Shown here piece by piece: positions 12,578 through 26,339 of a stretch of DNA of 64,000 nt (position 1 is its first letter; each line of letters begins with the position of its first letter). Position numbers and translations under genes: made by a program. The notes beneath the pieces are model-generated. The model was not told where the DNA came from. It did no database searches and saw only the letters and a list, made by a program, of their open reading frames with translations. The stretch spans positions 126,418,001 to 126,482,000 of the forward strand of contig OZ024744.1 in NCBI GenBank assembly GCA_964016885.1. The letters are read 5' to 3'. This DNA comes from Eledone cirrhosa. Lineage: Eukaryota.

Positions 12578-15500
12578 AACAGTAGAAAGGAAAAAGATTT
12601 TTTCAGTAGAAATTGCTGAAGAGATTCTTTCAGTGTAATTTCAAAACATTAATTTATTTATAAAGTGGATATTTCCACATTTAATAATGGCACTGGGTTC
12701 AGCATTATATACATTGTCAATTGTGGATTCTACTTTTGGCACAAGGGCTGCAATTATCCAGTACATTACTGGTACTTTATTATTTATACAAATAATAATT
12801 GTTTCTACTTTTGGCACAAGGGCAGCAATTACCCAGTACATTACTGGTACTTTATTATTTATACAAATAATAATTGTTTCTACTTTAGGCACAAGGTCAG
12901 CAATTACCCAGTACATTACTGGTACTTTATTATTTATACAAATAATAATTGTTTCTACTTTAGGCACAAGGTCAGCAATTACCCCAGTACTTTATTTTAT
13001 CGACCCCGTAAGGATGAAAGAAAAGTTAACCTCAACGGGATTTGAACTCAGTCTGTAAAGGGAGGTAACTGCTGGATTAATTTGGTTAATTAAGTTAACA
13101 GAAATTATGAACCGGTTTCTACAGAGCCTTCTGGACATTTAACCCTTTAGCATTTAAACCAGCCATACCTAGCCAGAATACTCTCACATCTTTCTGTTCA
13201 AACCAGCCATAACTGGCCACTCATACTGACGTTAAGGTATTGTTCTCAATATAAATAATATCAAAATCTCATAGATTCGATATTATATGAGATAATTATG
13301 TAAGATAAAGCCTTTACCACAAAAATACAATAGTATATATAGAGTAATAAAAATGCTAAAGGGTAAAAGTAGCTTATTATTTTGTGAGCTCTTGCTACTT
13401 ATTGCTCTTGTGCATCAAGAACATACACAGCTTACATTTTGTTGCTAATCTCACTGAGATCCAACTACATCTCTTGTTTATCCATAGTTTGGAATTTCTA
13501 CCTACTCCTTTCCTTTAGAATGATCAAGGCCATTTTCTTGTGGGGATCTAGGCCCTGTTTTCCTTTCTATTTTGCCAAGTTATCTTACATCACTTTCATT
13601 CTAGACCATGCTTCCAGGTTTGGAATTTCTCCTCTAATTTTACCACAGATTAAGTGACAAGGGTTCAATCATGTGCATACAGGAGTTCCCATGGACAGCC
13701 AGTAATATGTAATAGCCTGCAGGATGATAATAAACAGAAGAGGGTTAATTACAGAGCCCTGATAGAGGGTTAATAACAGAGCCCTGATAGACTTGTTCAC
13801 TCAACTCCTCACTATAGCCATCATTACTTTTAACCTTACTGACTGCTCCTCCATACATGGCTTTTACTGCTCTCACAAGCCACTCATATACCCCTAGTTT
13901 TCTAAGTTATACACCAGATTAGGGAAGGGGGAAGTCTCACAGAAGCTCTCTCTGGGTCAACAAATGCCAAGTAGAGGGGCTTATTTTAGCTAGGTACTAC
14001 TCTTGCAGTTGCCACACAAGGAAGAGGACATCAGTGGTACTTTTACCTGGCACAAATCCAAACTTCATCTCATCTAGGTTAACTTGGTCCCTAATCAGCT
14101 GTGTTATAAATCTAACACCTTCATGAAGTGGTCCATCTAATATCTCTATAGTTTTCTAGCTCTAGTACATCTCCTTTGCCCTTGTAGCAGTTGATGATGA
14201 TGATACTACACCATTTATTTGGTATGACACCATTTTGTATTACATGCTGTACGATACCAGTGGTTAAGATGTGACCCACCATCCCAGATACTTTCAGTAT
14301 CTCAGCAACTATCACCAATGGACAAGATACTTTCTCTGTCTTCATATCCTTAATTACCTTACTTCATATCCTTAATTACCTTACTGCTTACTTGTATGGC
14401 TGGACCCTCTGTTGGGCCCACTTTCCGTAGACTATCTTCCTCCCATGCATTCTCCTCATTCAGTAATCTTTCATAAAGGCATTTCCATGTTACAAAGGTT
14501 GGCTGAAAAGTTCATAGACTATCAATGATAGCATGATGCTAGAACTGTGAAATCTTGCCTGCATTAATTTCAACTCTTCTTATTAATAACTGCATTGTTT
14601 CCTTCCAGGGACTATGTTGAAAAATAAACCTCATTTGGTCATTCCATGAGTGTATCTTGGTCTGCCTATGAACTTTTCAGCTGACCCTATTCAGCATCAG
14701 TGAGCCCAAATGCCCCATTATCATCCTGGACACACTTTACCCCAACATCACAATTTGCCCTCACACACTGCCTCACAATCCTGAACATCTCATGTATTTC
14801 ATCCTCACATCATAAAACCAACTGAAATTATATATTCTCTGCTTCCCTCCTTGCAAAGAATACTTCTTGCCTAGCTTCCTGTAGTGTACCCTCCAGCTGC
14901 CTCCATTCTGCCATTATTCCATGCCTGTCTCTTGGCCTTAACTGTCTCATCTACCCTAGTGTTTCACCACCAAGATACTCTCCTCTCTGAAGCCCTGCTC
15001 CAGCCACAGATCTAGTTTGACACCTTCAGCAAAGGTTCTTTAAGGAACTCCCACTGTTCCCCTATATTGTATGTTTCTATTTGTTCTTCCTTACTGTTGT
15101 AAAGATCAAACAAAATATCTCTAAATTTGGAACTGGCTGAGGGGTCCTTTAACTTCCATATCCTTCTCCTCCAAGTTGCCCTCAGTCTTCAAGTTCATCT
15201 AAGTCTATGAAATCACTAACTACTGGGTTATGTTGGGAGGTGCATTCTTCCCCAGGGGGTGGGGATTGTGTGTTTACAAATGTCAATATCTCATCTTCTG
15301 GTGAGGATAAAAATCTGACTGGCATGCTCCTCTGACCAATAGGTGTTGAAGTGGTTGTCGGGTAAACGTTAAGACCCTCTGATATACATATATATATATA
15401 TACTAGCAGTGGTACCCGGCGTTGCACGGGATAACGTATTTCGGAACGCGGGCCGCCATCTTCCACTTCAGCCGGTCGCCCTAAAGTGTTGGCTATTCAG

Positions 15501-15965
15501 TCTACTTGAGGCCAGTTGGTGAGGGGGGGGTAAAGCTTTCAGTGTGCTACTACCCTCACGGTCAAATAGAAAGGGAGAGGAAGAAAAGTCAGCGTTAATA
15601 TCGTGCTACACGTTTGAAAGGTTGGATGACCTTAGAGTTCACCAGGGTGGGGGGTTCTAAAAGTATCTATCTTGGTATTTTATCTTAGAAGTAATCATTA
15701 CAGAGTGTACTGGGTGTATTTTAGTGGGCAGTAATTCCATAAAGAACACAGTATAATCTGTGGACACAAGCCTTGCAGTGTGATTACAGGCAGGTTAATG
15801 GGAAAGATAGATTATATATGTGACATGATGTACATGAGAAGTGAGGACACAGACCACACATGAAATAGATTCCTACAACTGTCAGGGAGGCTCCCTAGAA
15901 TTACAGATGACATATTTCAATATCTCGGTGATCAAGTTAGCAGTGGAGGAAGAATCTCTAAAAGT
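10938..15965 (+). repeat. Near-identical direct duplicate of 1-5027 (offset 10937)
   Basis: Identical ORF sets. The differences I noticed are TA-tract and G-run lengths and rare SNPs. Confidence 0.95.
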
Positions 15966-17145
15966 GTAATACCCAGGATAAGGACAGGCTGGAAGAAGTT
16001 TAGAGTACTGTTCCATCTGTTGACAACAAAGGGCTTCTCTCTCAGAATGGAGGCTAGACTGCTTGATACTTATGTGTGGTCTGCAATCTACACCCCAGCC
16101 ATGCCCCTTCCACTACCACTCCTTAGCTATTTCTCTCCATTAATACTCCTCACATTTCAAGCAGTTTTCTCATCTCAATGAAAGAAAAATATTGGGCTCA
16201 AGAGAAGTCTTCAGTTATGCCATGGTGTGGCAACCTCCCTAGGGTTGGGCAGAGTGTAAATGAGAGTGAAATTAGGTATGAGAGGGATCAGATGCAGTAT
16301 ACAAGAGAGTAGATTACATTGGTATGGTCATGTGATGGGTATAAAGGATGACAGCTGTATAAAAATGTGCTGGGCAATCAAAGTTGATGGAAGTTATGAA
16401 GGCGGAAGACCTAGGATGAGGTGATAAAAGATGACTTTGCACAATTGCAACTCTCAAAGACAATGACACAGGATAGAGATCTTATTTATGTTTATTTACG
16501 TTTAGCGTAATCGATTTGTTTTCGATTTGTTTCCATATCACCACGCGTTTTATTTCATAGTCATAGTTATCAAGTTAGAAAACAAATGAAGTTCAGGGGG
16601 CCGACACTACCGACTTTCTTAAAGAAAAACAATTTAACGCGGGTAACTACAAGATAACCTTGATTTGTAATACTGGCAGACATTGAAATATTTAAAATTC
16701 TCTATAATTTCCTTTTTATCAGGTCCCAAGCAGTAACACTTCGAATATTTCAATAAATATTAACCAGTTACTCCCGTTTTCGTTCTTTCTTTAATGTGCA
16801 CTCTTTCTTTCTTTAATGTGCATTCTTTCTTTCCTCTACACTGCATCTGACCTCTCTTATACCTAGTTTCTCTCTCAGTTTATTAATGCTTGTTGTTCAT
16901 GCACACTATTACACATCTATCAGATCCTGTAAACTTCATTTCTTTCCAGTCTTTATAGGTCCTCTGAATATATTGCCCTGGTCTCACTTCAATGTAACAT
17001 TGCTGTTTGTACACAGACTTCATACAATCTGCCTTTCACTTTCAGGGGAAATCATTTTGTAGGCATCAGTAGTAGTAGCTCCCTAAACTGTTTCCATCCC
17101 ATTCTCACTCAGGCTACTGTACCTTCAGAACACCCACCTCCACTG

Positions 17146-20100
17146 TTAATTTGGTTAATTAAGTTAACAGAAATTATGAACCGGTTTCTACAGAGCCTTC
17201 TGGACATTTAACCCTTTAGCATTTAAACCAGCCATACCTAGCCAGAATACTCTCACATCTTTCTGTTCAAACCAGCCATAACTGGCCACTCATACTGACG
17301 TTAAGGTATTGTTCTCAATATAAATAATATCAAAATCTCATAGATTCGATATTATATGAGATAATTATGTAAGATAAAGCCTTTACCACAAAAATACAAT
17401 AGTATATATAGAGTAATAAAAATGCTAAAGGGTAAAAGTAGCTTATTATTTTGTGAGCTCTTGCTACTTATTGCTCTTGTGCATCAAGAACATACACAGC
17501 TTACATTTTGTTGCTAATCTCACTGAGATCCAACTACATCTCTTGTTTATCCATAGTTTGGAATTTCTACCTACTCCTTTCCTTTAGAATGATCAAGGCC
17601 ATTTTCTTGTGGGGATCTAGGCCCTGTTTTCCTTTCTATTTTGCCAAGTTATCTTACATCACTTTCATTCTAGACCATGCTTCCAGGTTTGGAATTTCTC
17701 CTCTAATTTTACCACAGATTAAGTGACAAGGGTTCAATCATGTGCATACAGGAGTTCCCATGGACAGCCAGTAATATGTAATAGCCTGCAGGATGATAAT
17801 AAACAGAAGAGGGTTAATTACAGAGCCCTGATAGAGGGTTAATAACAGAGCCCTGATAGACTTGTTCACTCAACTCCTCACTATAGCCATCATTACTTTT
17901 AACCTTACTGACTGCTCCTCCATACATGGCTTTTACTGCTCTCACAAGCCACTCATATACCCCTAGTTTTCTAAGTTATACACCAGATTAGGGAAGGGGG
18001 AAGTCTCACAGAAGCTCTCTCTGGGTCAACAAATGCCAAGTAGAGGGGCTTATTTTAGCTAGGTACTACTCTTGCAGTTGCCACACAAGGAAGAGGACAT
18101 CAGTGGTACTTTTACCTGGCACAAATCCAAACTTCATCTCATCTAGGTTAACTTGGTCCCTAATCAGCTGTGTTATAAATCTAACACCTTCATGAAGTGG
18201 TCCATCTAATATCTCTATAGTTTTCTAGCTCTAGTACATCTCCTTTGCCCTTGTAGCAGTTGATGATGATGATACTACACCATTTATTTGGTATGACACC
18301 ATTTTGTATTACATGCTGTACGATACCAGTGGTTAAGATGTGACCCACCATCCCAGATACTTTCAGTATCTCAGCAACTATCACCAATGGACAAGATACT
18401 TTCTCTGTCTTCATATCCTTAATTACCTTACTTCATATCCTTAATTACCTTACTGCTTACTTGTATGGCTGGACCCTCTGTTGGGCCCACTTTCCGTAGA
18501 CTATCTTCCTCCCATGCATTCTCCTCATTCAGTAATCTTTCATAAAGGCATTTCCATGTTACAAAGGTTGGCTGAAAAGTTCATAGACTATCAATGATAG
18601 CATGATGCTAGAGCTGTGAAATCTTGCCTGCATTAATTTCAACTCTTCTTATTAATAACTGCATTGTTTCCTTCCAGGGACTATGTTGAAAAATAAACCT
18701 CATTTGGTCATTCCATGAGTGTATCTTGGTCTGCCTATGAACTTTTCAGCTGACCCTATTCAGCATCAGTGAGCCCAAATGCCCCATTATCATCCTGGAC
18801 ACACTTTACCCCAACATCACAATTTGCCCTCACACACTGCCTCACAATCCTGAACATCTCATGTATTTCATCCTCACATCATAAAACCAACTGAAATTAT
18901 ATATTCTCTGCTTCCCTCCTTGCAAAGAATACTTCTTGCCTAGCTTCCTGTAGTGTACCCTCCAGCTGCCTCCATTCTGCCATTATTCCATGCCTGTCTC
19001 TTGGCCTTAACTGTCTCATCTACCCTAGTGTTTCACCACCAAGATACTCTCCTCTCTGAAGCCCTGCTCCAGCCACAGATCTAGTTTGACACCTTCAGCA
19101 AAGGTTCTTTAAGGAACTCCCACTGTTCCCCTATATTGTATGTTTCTATTTGTTCTTCCTTACTGTTGTAAAGATCAAACAAAATATCTCTAAATTTGGA
19201 ACTGGCTGAGGGGTCCTTTAACTTCCATATCCTTCTCCTCCAAGTTGCCCTCAGTCTTCAAGTTCATCTAAGTCTATGAAATCACTAACTACTGGGTTAT
19301 GTTGGGAGGTGCATTCTTCCCCAGGGGGTGGGGATTGTGTGTTTACAAATGTCAATATCTCATCTTCTGGTGAGGATAAAAATCTGACTGGCATGCTCCT
19401 CTGACCAATAGGTGTTGAAGTGGTTGTCGGGTAAACGTTAAGACCCTCTGATATACATATATATATATATATACTAGCAGTGGTACCCGGCGTTGCACGG
19501 GATAACGTATTTCGGAACGCGGGCCGCCATCTTCCACTTCAGCCGGTCGCCCTAAAGTGTTGGCTATTCAGTCTACTTGAGGCCAGTTGGTGAGGGGGGG
19601 TAAAGCTTTCAGTGTGCTACTACCCTCACGGTCAAATAGAAAGGGAGAGGAAGAAAAGTCAGCGTTAATATCGTGCTACACGTTTGAAAGGTTGGATGAC
19701 CTTAGAGTTCACCAGGGTGGGGGGTTCTAAAAGTATCTATCTTGGTATTTTATCTTAGAAGTAATCATTACAGAGTGTACTGGGTGTATTTTAGTGGGCA
19801 GTAATTCCATAAAGAACACAGTATAATCTGTGGACACAAGCCTTGCAGTGTGATTACAGGCAGGTTAATGGGAAAGATAGATTATATATGTGACATGATG
19901 TACATGAGAAGTGAGGACACAGACCACACATGAAATAGATTCCTACAACTGTCAGGGAGGCTCCCTAGAATTACAGATGACATATTTCAATATCTCGGTG
20001 ATCAAGTTAGCAGTGGAGGAAGAATCTCTAAAAGTGTAATACCCAGGATAAGGACAGGCTGGAAGAAGTTTAGAGTACTGTTCCATCTGTTGACAACAAA

Positions 20101-20563
20101 GGGCTTCTCTCTCAGAATGGAGGCTAGACTGCTTGATACTTATGTGTGGTCTGCAATCTACACCCCAGCCATGCCCCTTCCACTACCACTCCTTAGCTAT
20201 TTCTCTCCATTAATACTCCTCACATTTCAAGCAGTTTTCTCATCTCAATGAAAGAAAAATATTGGGCTCAAGAGAAGTCTTCAGTTATGCCATGGTGTGG
20301 CAACCTCCCTAGGGTTGGGCAGAGTGTAAATGAGAGTGAAATTAGGTATGAGAGGGATCATATGCAGTATACAAGAGAGTAGATTACATTGGTATGGTCA
20401 TGTGATGGGTATAAAGGATGACAGCTGTATAAAAATGTGCTGGGCAATCAAAGTTGATGGAAGTTATGAAGGCGGAAGACCCAGGATGACCTGGGATGAG
20501 GTGATAAAAGATGACTTTGCACAATTGCAACTCTCAAAGACAATGACACAGGATAGAGATCTT
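17146..20563 (+). repeat. Direct duplicate of 13077-16483 (offset 4069-4080)
   Basis: ORFs 13439/17508 and 14121/18190 are identical. There is a 10-bp indel near 16415/20485. Confidence 0.95.
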
Positions 20564-20600
20564 GAGATGTATGCAGCAATACAGAAGGCCTGCTTTCCAA
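19825..20600 (+). mobile_element. RTE LINE 3' part; truncated copies ~4815-5027 and ~15755-16483, plus the +32934 copies
   Basis: ORF 20330: RLHWYGHV...GRPRMTW.EVIK.D, a typical RTE C-terminus. Confidence 0.8.
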
Positions 20601-20694
20601 TGTGCACGGACTCAAACATACATCTAGTAGGCCCCTCCTAACCACTATACTCCTTTCCAAACTCCCACACTCCCACTTCTGTACACACCACCTT

Positions 20695-21215
20695 TAGACT
20701 GTAAAGTGGTAGTGTACAAGTCACAACAAAAGCACCCAGTCCACTCTGTAAAGTTGATGTGTTGGTGTCATAACAAAAGGCACTCAGTCCACTCTGTAAA
20801 GAGGTTGTGTAAGTGTCACAACAAAGACATCTAGTCCACACTGTAAAGTGGTCATGTAGGTGTCACAACAAAAAGTACCAGTCATTATTGTAAAGTGGTT
20901 GTATAGGTGTCATGTCAAAAAGCACCCAGTCCACCCTGTAAAGTGGTTGTGTAGGTGTCATGATAAAAAGCACCCAGTCCACACAGTAAAGTGGTCATGT
21001 AGGTGTCACTAAAAAAGCACCCAGTCTACTCTGTAAAGTGGTCATGTAGGTGTCATGACAAATAGCACCCAGTCCACCCTGTAAAGTGTTCATGTAGGTG
21101 TCATGATGGAGAGTAACCAGTCCACAATGTAAAGTAGCCATGTAGCTGTCACAACAAAGCACCCAGTCCACACTGTAAAGTGGTCATGTAGGTGTCATTT
21201 CAAAAAGCACCCAGG
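20695..21215. repeat. ~50-bp minisatellite (~10-11 copies); copy 53629-54149
   Basis: aaaagcacccagtccacactgtaaagtggtcatgtaggtgtca repeated. Confidence 0.85.
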
Positions 21216-21289
21216 TCCATGGCTTGGCCTGCTAACCGACGCTATACCCAAGTCGGTCGCCATGCTTTCCAGCATAGAGTTACGTCTCT

Positions 21290-21410
21290 TTATGGTCTGA
21301 GTTCAAATCACGCCGAGGTTAACTTTGCCTTTCATCCTTACGGGGTCGATAAAATAAAGCACCAGTAATGTACTGGGGTCGATTTAATCGACTTTCCCCT
21401 CCTCTGCCAA
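21290..21410 (+). mobile_element. Octopus-type tRNA-derived SINE fragment (related pieces at ~2050, 29260, 32680, 37300, 37590, 54225, 59910, 61910)
   Basis: B-box-like gagttcaaat followed by the recurrent core aactttgcctttcatcc.t.cggggtcgataaaa...accagt...actggggtcgat. Confidence 0.7.
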
Positions 21411-21444
21411 ATGACACACACATGCATGGTTCGGGGGAACCTAC

Positions 21445-21480
<36 letters not shown>

Positions 21481-22359
21481 GTAGGTCACTGGTTGAGTCG
21501 GTATTAACCACACTAACTAAGGTACTCAATACATATTAGATATAGGTGTCTTTCTAATTGCTGGCCTTGTTCATAAGGTATACACAAGTATGATGTGTGT
21601 CTGTTTAACTGTACGTGTGAAAACATCGCGAAATTGCGCCTTTTAATATTTGAATATAAACAGTTAAAAAATAATTATTTTAGTAATTTTTAAATATCGA
21701 TAATGTGTATATAAATATTAGAAATCAATTTAATTAGTTCAGTAACATTACTCGGAGTTAAGATAAACCTTCATTTGAAGAAATTCGAGATTTGACCAAA
21801 TAAATAGATTATGTGATCAATAAAAAAAATATGTATACGCGCTTGAACGACGGGTTGCAGACAGTCAGGCATACAGACACATATTTTAAAGCGTGCGACG
21901 TTAAAAGTGTTACTCTCTCTCTTTTTAGATAGATAGACTTAATTAAAGCAGTTTCACTCTCTCTATATTTCATCAGCTCCCTCTCTCTTAAATTGAAAGA
22001 TTCATTAAGGCTGAAATAATCTAAACAGTAACATCATGTTTCGCCAGCTCTAGCTTGCGTCCAGAGATATACACACACATATATATATATTTTTTTTGTT
22101 ATCGAGTTGAGCTTTGCCAAGCATAGAATTCCAAATTTGACCATCTCCACTGAAAATGTTCGTGAAATAGTCTTTAAGAAGCAATTTAATTTTTTCCAAC
22201 TGAAACTGTAAGTATTTTAAAATTTATTTCAACATGGTCTTAAAAGATTGTTGGCTTTTTTTAAATTCATAACTATTTACTATGAAATATAAATTATTAA
22301 ATCCAATTTATTTGATAACCATGATTTGATTTTATAATTACCTGAATCACGTTAACATG

Positions 22360-22400
<41 letters not shown>

Positions 22401-22653
22401 GTGTGTGTATATATATATATATATAATAATTGTTTCTACGTTACGCAGTGTATTACTGGTACTGTATTTTACGATATTAAATATTAAATATTAACTATTA
22501 GATATTAAATATTAAATATTAGATATTAGATATTAAATATTAAATATGATATCCCTGAAATATATATAATGAAATAAATATGGTTTTATAAATGTAATTT
22601 CCATTTGTTTAATATCAAATATATATATATATATATATATGTATTTATGTATA

Positions 22654-22736
<83 letters not shown>

Positions 22737-22966
22737 GAGGCAGACACAGACACAGAATATCGTATATATCACACACACACAATTAAGACTTGACGTGTTG
22801 CAGACAGCCAGACATACAGAGAGATATTTTAAAGCGTGCGACCTTACATGCCTTACTCTTTCTCTTATCAAAAGAGAAAGAGTAATGCTAACACTTACGT
22901 CTACTTCACGCTCTCTTGAACCGTTACAGAAATTGCATCACATCTAATTATAACTTTGTACGTTTG

Positions 22967-23041
<75 letters not shown>

Positions 23042-23047
23042 GCACAC

Positions 23048-23080
<33 letters not shown>

Positions 23081-23083
23081 CAC

Positions 23084-23127
<44 letters not shown>

Positions 23128-23164
23128 GTGTATATATATATATATATATACACACACACGTGTG

Positions 23165-23197
<33 letters not shown>

Positions 23198-23290
23198 GTG
23201 TGTGTATATATATATATATCTCTCTCTCCCTGTCTCTCACTCTGCCTCTATCCCCCCTCTCTCTCTCTGTCTCTCCCCCCCCCTCTCTCT
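22360..23290. repeat. Microsatellite cluster: (TA)n, (ATATTAA/G)n, (CA)n, (TA)n(CA)nCG(TG)n palindromes, (CT)n; copy 55294-56224
   Basis: Seen directly. Confidence 0.95.
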
Positions 23291-23558
23291 CTCTAGTAGT
23301 AGAGAGAGAGAGAGATATAAACGTATAACCCTAAACCTAACCCATCTCTCTCACTCTCTCTCTCCCCCTCTCTCTCTCTTCTCTCTCTCACTCTCCCTCT
23401 ACCCCTCCCTCTCTCTATTTCTCTCTCTCTCTCTCCAGTAGTAGAGAGAGACAAAGAGAGAGAGAGATATAAACGTATAACCCTAACCAAACCCTAACCC
23501 AACTCTAACCCAACCCTAACCCTAACCCCAACCCTAACTCTAACCTAACCCTAACCCA

Positions 23559-23589
<31 letters not shown>

Positions 23590-23925
23590 ACCCCCTCTCT
23601 CTCTCTCTCTAGTAGTAGAGAGAGAGACAAAGAGAGAGAGAGAGATATAAACGTATAACCCTAACCCATCTCTCTCTCTCTATTTCTCCCCCCCTCTCTC
23701 TCTCTCTAGTAGTAGAGAGAGAGAGACAAAGAGAGAGAGAGATATAAACGTATAACCCTAACCCAACCCTAACCTCTCTCTCTCCCCCCTCTCTCTCTCT
23801 ATTCCCCCCCTCTCTCTCTCTCTCTAGTAGTAGAGAGAGAGACAGAGAGAGAGAGAGAGATAGATATAAACGTATAACCCTAACCCAACCCTAACCCATC
23901 TCTCTCTCTCTCTCTCTCTCTCTTT
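23291..23925. repeat. Composite tandem repeat (5 units) containing telomere-like CCCTAA tracts; copy 56225-56859
   Basis: Unit is tagtagtag(AG)n-atataaacgtataa-(CCCTAA variants)-cat(CT)n. Confidence 0.85.
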
Positions 23926-24839
23926 GTTTTTAACATTGTTTTGTTTTTCTTTTCTTTTCTTATTCAGATGACAAACGGCAGAGGATACAACAGAAGAAAA
24001 GAACAAAGATAATTATTATTATTATTACTATTATTATTTGTTTTATTATAATCAAAATATGCTGTTAGTTAGATCTGCATTGCGTACATTTTATATAATT
24101 TATGCCAGTTCCTTTTCTGCATATCGAACATGGCCATTTCCCTGACGGAATAGAGTTTTGTCCTCTTTCGTGACACAAAGTACAGCCAGCGGCATCATTG
24201 CGGACAGACTTAATCCCGAATTGCACTGACACACTGCCTCGCAATACGGAACACCGCACGTCTTTGATCTTCTTCCCGTCGATCAGCCTCCTTGCCATGC
24301 TAAGTACACCTGACGTCTAGCTTCTCTCTTAGCGGCGGCTTTATATTCTTCTCTACTCCCACTAATTTTCCAAGCATTCCATGCTAGCCTTTAGTCTCCA
24401 ATGGCCCGATCTACCGTGCTGTCCCACCACCATGTCACTCTCTGTCTGGTTGGAACTCTGATCCAGCCACAAGTTTAATCAGTAGCCTGCAATAAGTTGT
24501 CACATAAGAAAATCGAGTTCTCATGTATGTCATACGACTGTGAATCGTCTTCTTTTTCGTCATACACATATTGAAGGGCTTTCCTAAATTTCTATTTTAG
24601 TGAAATCTCTTTTAGCTTCCAGACCTTTCTTTTTTCCACATCTTCCTGTATGTCTCAATCATACCTGGAGCTGTCCAACATGACCATTGAAATCCCCTGC
24701 TAGCATAACGATGTCTCCGTCCTGTCATTGTGGCTGTTTGTAAAAATTGCTTGTAAATGAAGTCTTTCTTTTCTTTACCTAGCAGAAGCAATTAACACTA
24801 ACCCAACTGTAACACTAACCCTAACACTAACTTATGCAG

Positions 24840-25110
24840 GCCTAGGTAAAGACAAGAAAGATAAAACAAGGAGTGATGCTTCTTGAATTTTGTGATGCAA
24901 GTGTTTTAACCATTTGCAAAACCAACTTCCACAAACCTGCCTCACTGCCGCCTAATAACCTACAAATCAGGCAAGCACAGAAGCCGGATTTCTCGGTAGT
25001 TAGGCAGCGAGACAGACAGATGGGGTGTGAAGTACCAGGGTGTGCCCCGGGGAGGAATGTTTCCCACAGCGTGGGTTGGTTGTTGGTGATGTCTCGGTTA
25101 TCTTGAGACG
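24840..25110 (+). mobile_element. RTE LINE APE-endonuclease fragment
   Basis: LLEFCDA..LTICKTNF.KP in ORF 24873. Confidence 0.6.
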
Positions 25111-25503
25111 GAGTGAGACGTGCAGGAATACTCTCACGGAATCGCCAAATGAGGTTTATTTTTCAACATAGTCCCTGGAATGAAACAATGTGGTTATTAA
25201 GAAGAATTGAAATTAATGTAAGATTTCACAGATCTATGATCAATCCTTCACAGTCAGCTTACAAAGTTTTCAGCCAAACCTTGTGTATTTCCAACATTTC
25301 AAACCCTATCTAGGACTACATTATCTAATGTACAGTACAGTAGTTAGTATTAGTGGCTATCAGACATAGTGTATCTAAATGCAACATTTTTAACATTGTT
25401 TTTTTTTTCTTTTCTTTTCTTTTCTTATTCAGATGACAGACGGCAGAGGATACAATAGAAGAAAAGAACAATGATAATTATTATTATTATTATTGTTGTT
25501 ATT

Positions 25504-25897
25504 CCTTGAATCTCAGTCATTGATGTTGGTTAACTGGAAAGTCCGTTGGAATGAATATCAAGCCACTACCTGCAGCCTCAGATATTCAGGACGTATCGGA
25601 GGGTTCTTGCTGTTCCAAGCAAGCATGCCTTTTGAAGCGTTCCAAAAAGCGTGAAGGGGCCGATTTTCTTTAACCATCCCTGGAAACTTTTGGAGATGGA
25701 CAAAAAACTGGAACACAATAGACCTGACCTGGTGGTTGTGGACAAAGAAAAAAGATCGTGTCTGATTGTGGATGTGGCCTGCCCGTTCAACACGAGAGTG
25801 CAAGAGAAGGAGAGGGAGAAAATTAACCGATACCAGGACCTAAAGTGGGAGGTGAAAAGGATTTGGAACTGCCATGAAGTCAAAGTGATCCCGATTG
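25504..25897. mobile_element. 5'-truncated, internally inverted R4/Dong-like (REL endonuclease) non-LTR element inserted in (TTA)n
   Basis: Plus strand: HNRPDLVVVDK...IVDVACP...KEREKINRYQDL..EVKRIW...VIPI. Minus strand: SISKSFQGWLKKIG...LQKACLLGTARTLRYVLNI*, then 3'UTR and (TAA)n. Confidence 0.8.
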
Positions 25898-25938
<41 letters not shown>

Positions 25939-26339
25939 TATTATTTGTTTTATTATAATCAAAATATGCTGTTAGTTAGATCTGCATTGTGTACATTTTA
26001 TATAATTTATGCCAGTTCCTTTTCTACATATCGAACATGGCCATTTCCCTGACGGAATAGAGTTTTGTCCTCTTTTCTACTCATCAACACTCATTCGTGA
26101 CACAAAGTACAGCCAGCGGCATCATTGCGGACAGACTTAATCCTGATTTGCACTGACACACTGCCTCGCAATACGGAACACCGCACGTCTTTGATCTTCT
26201 TCCCGTCGATCAGCCTCCTTGCCATGCAAAGTACACCTGACGTCTAGCTTCTCTCTTAGCGGCGGCGGCTGTATATTCTTCTCTACTCCCACTAATTTTC
26301 CAAGCATTCCATGCTAGTCTTTAGTCTCCAATGGCCCGA

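Noticed and set aside
22533-23490. YI/HT/CV-rich ORFs
   Set aside because: These are translations of microsatellites.
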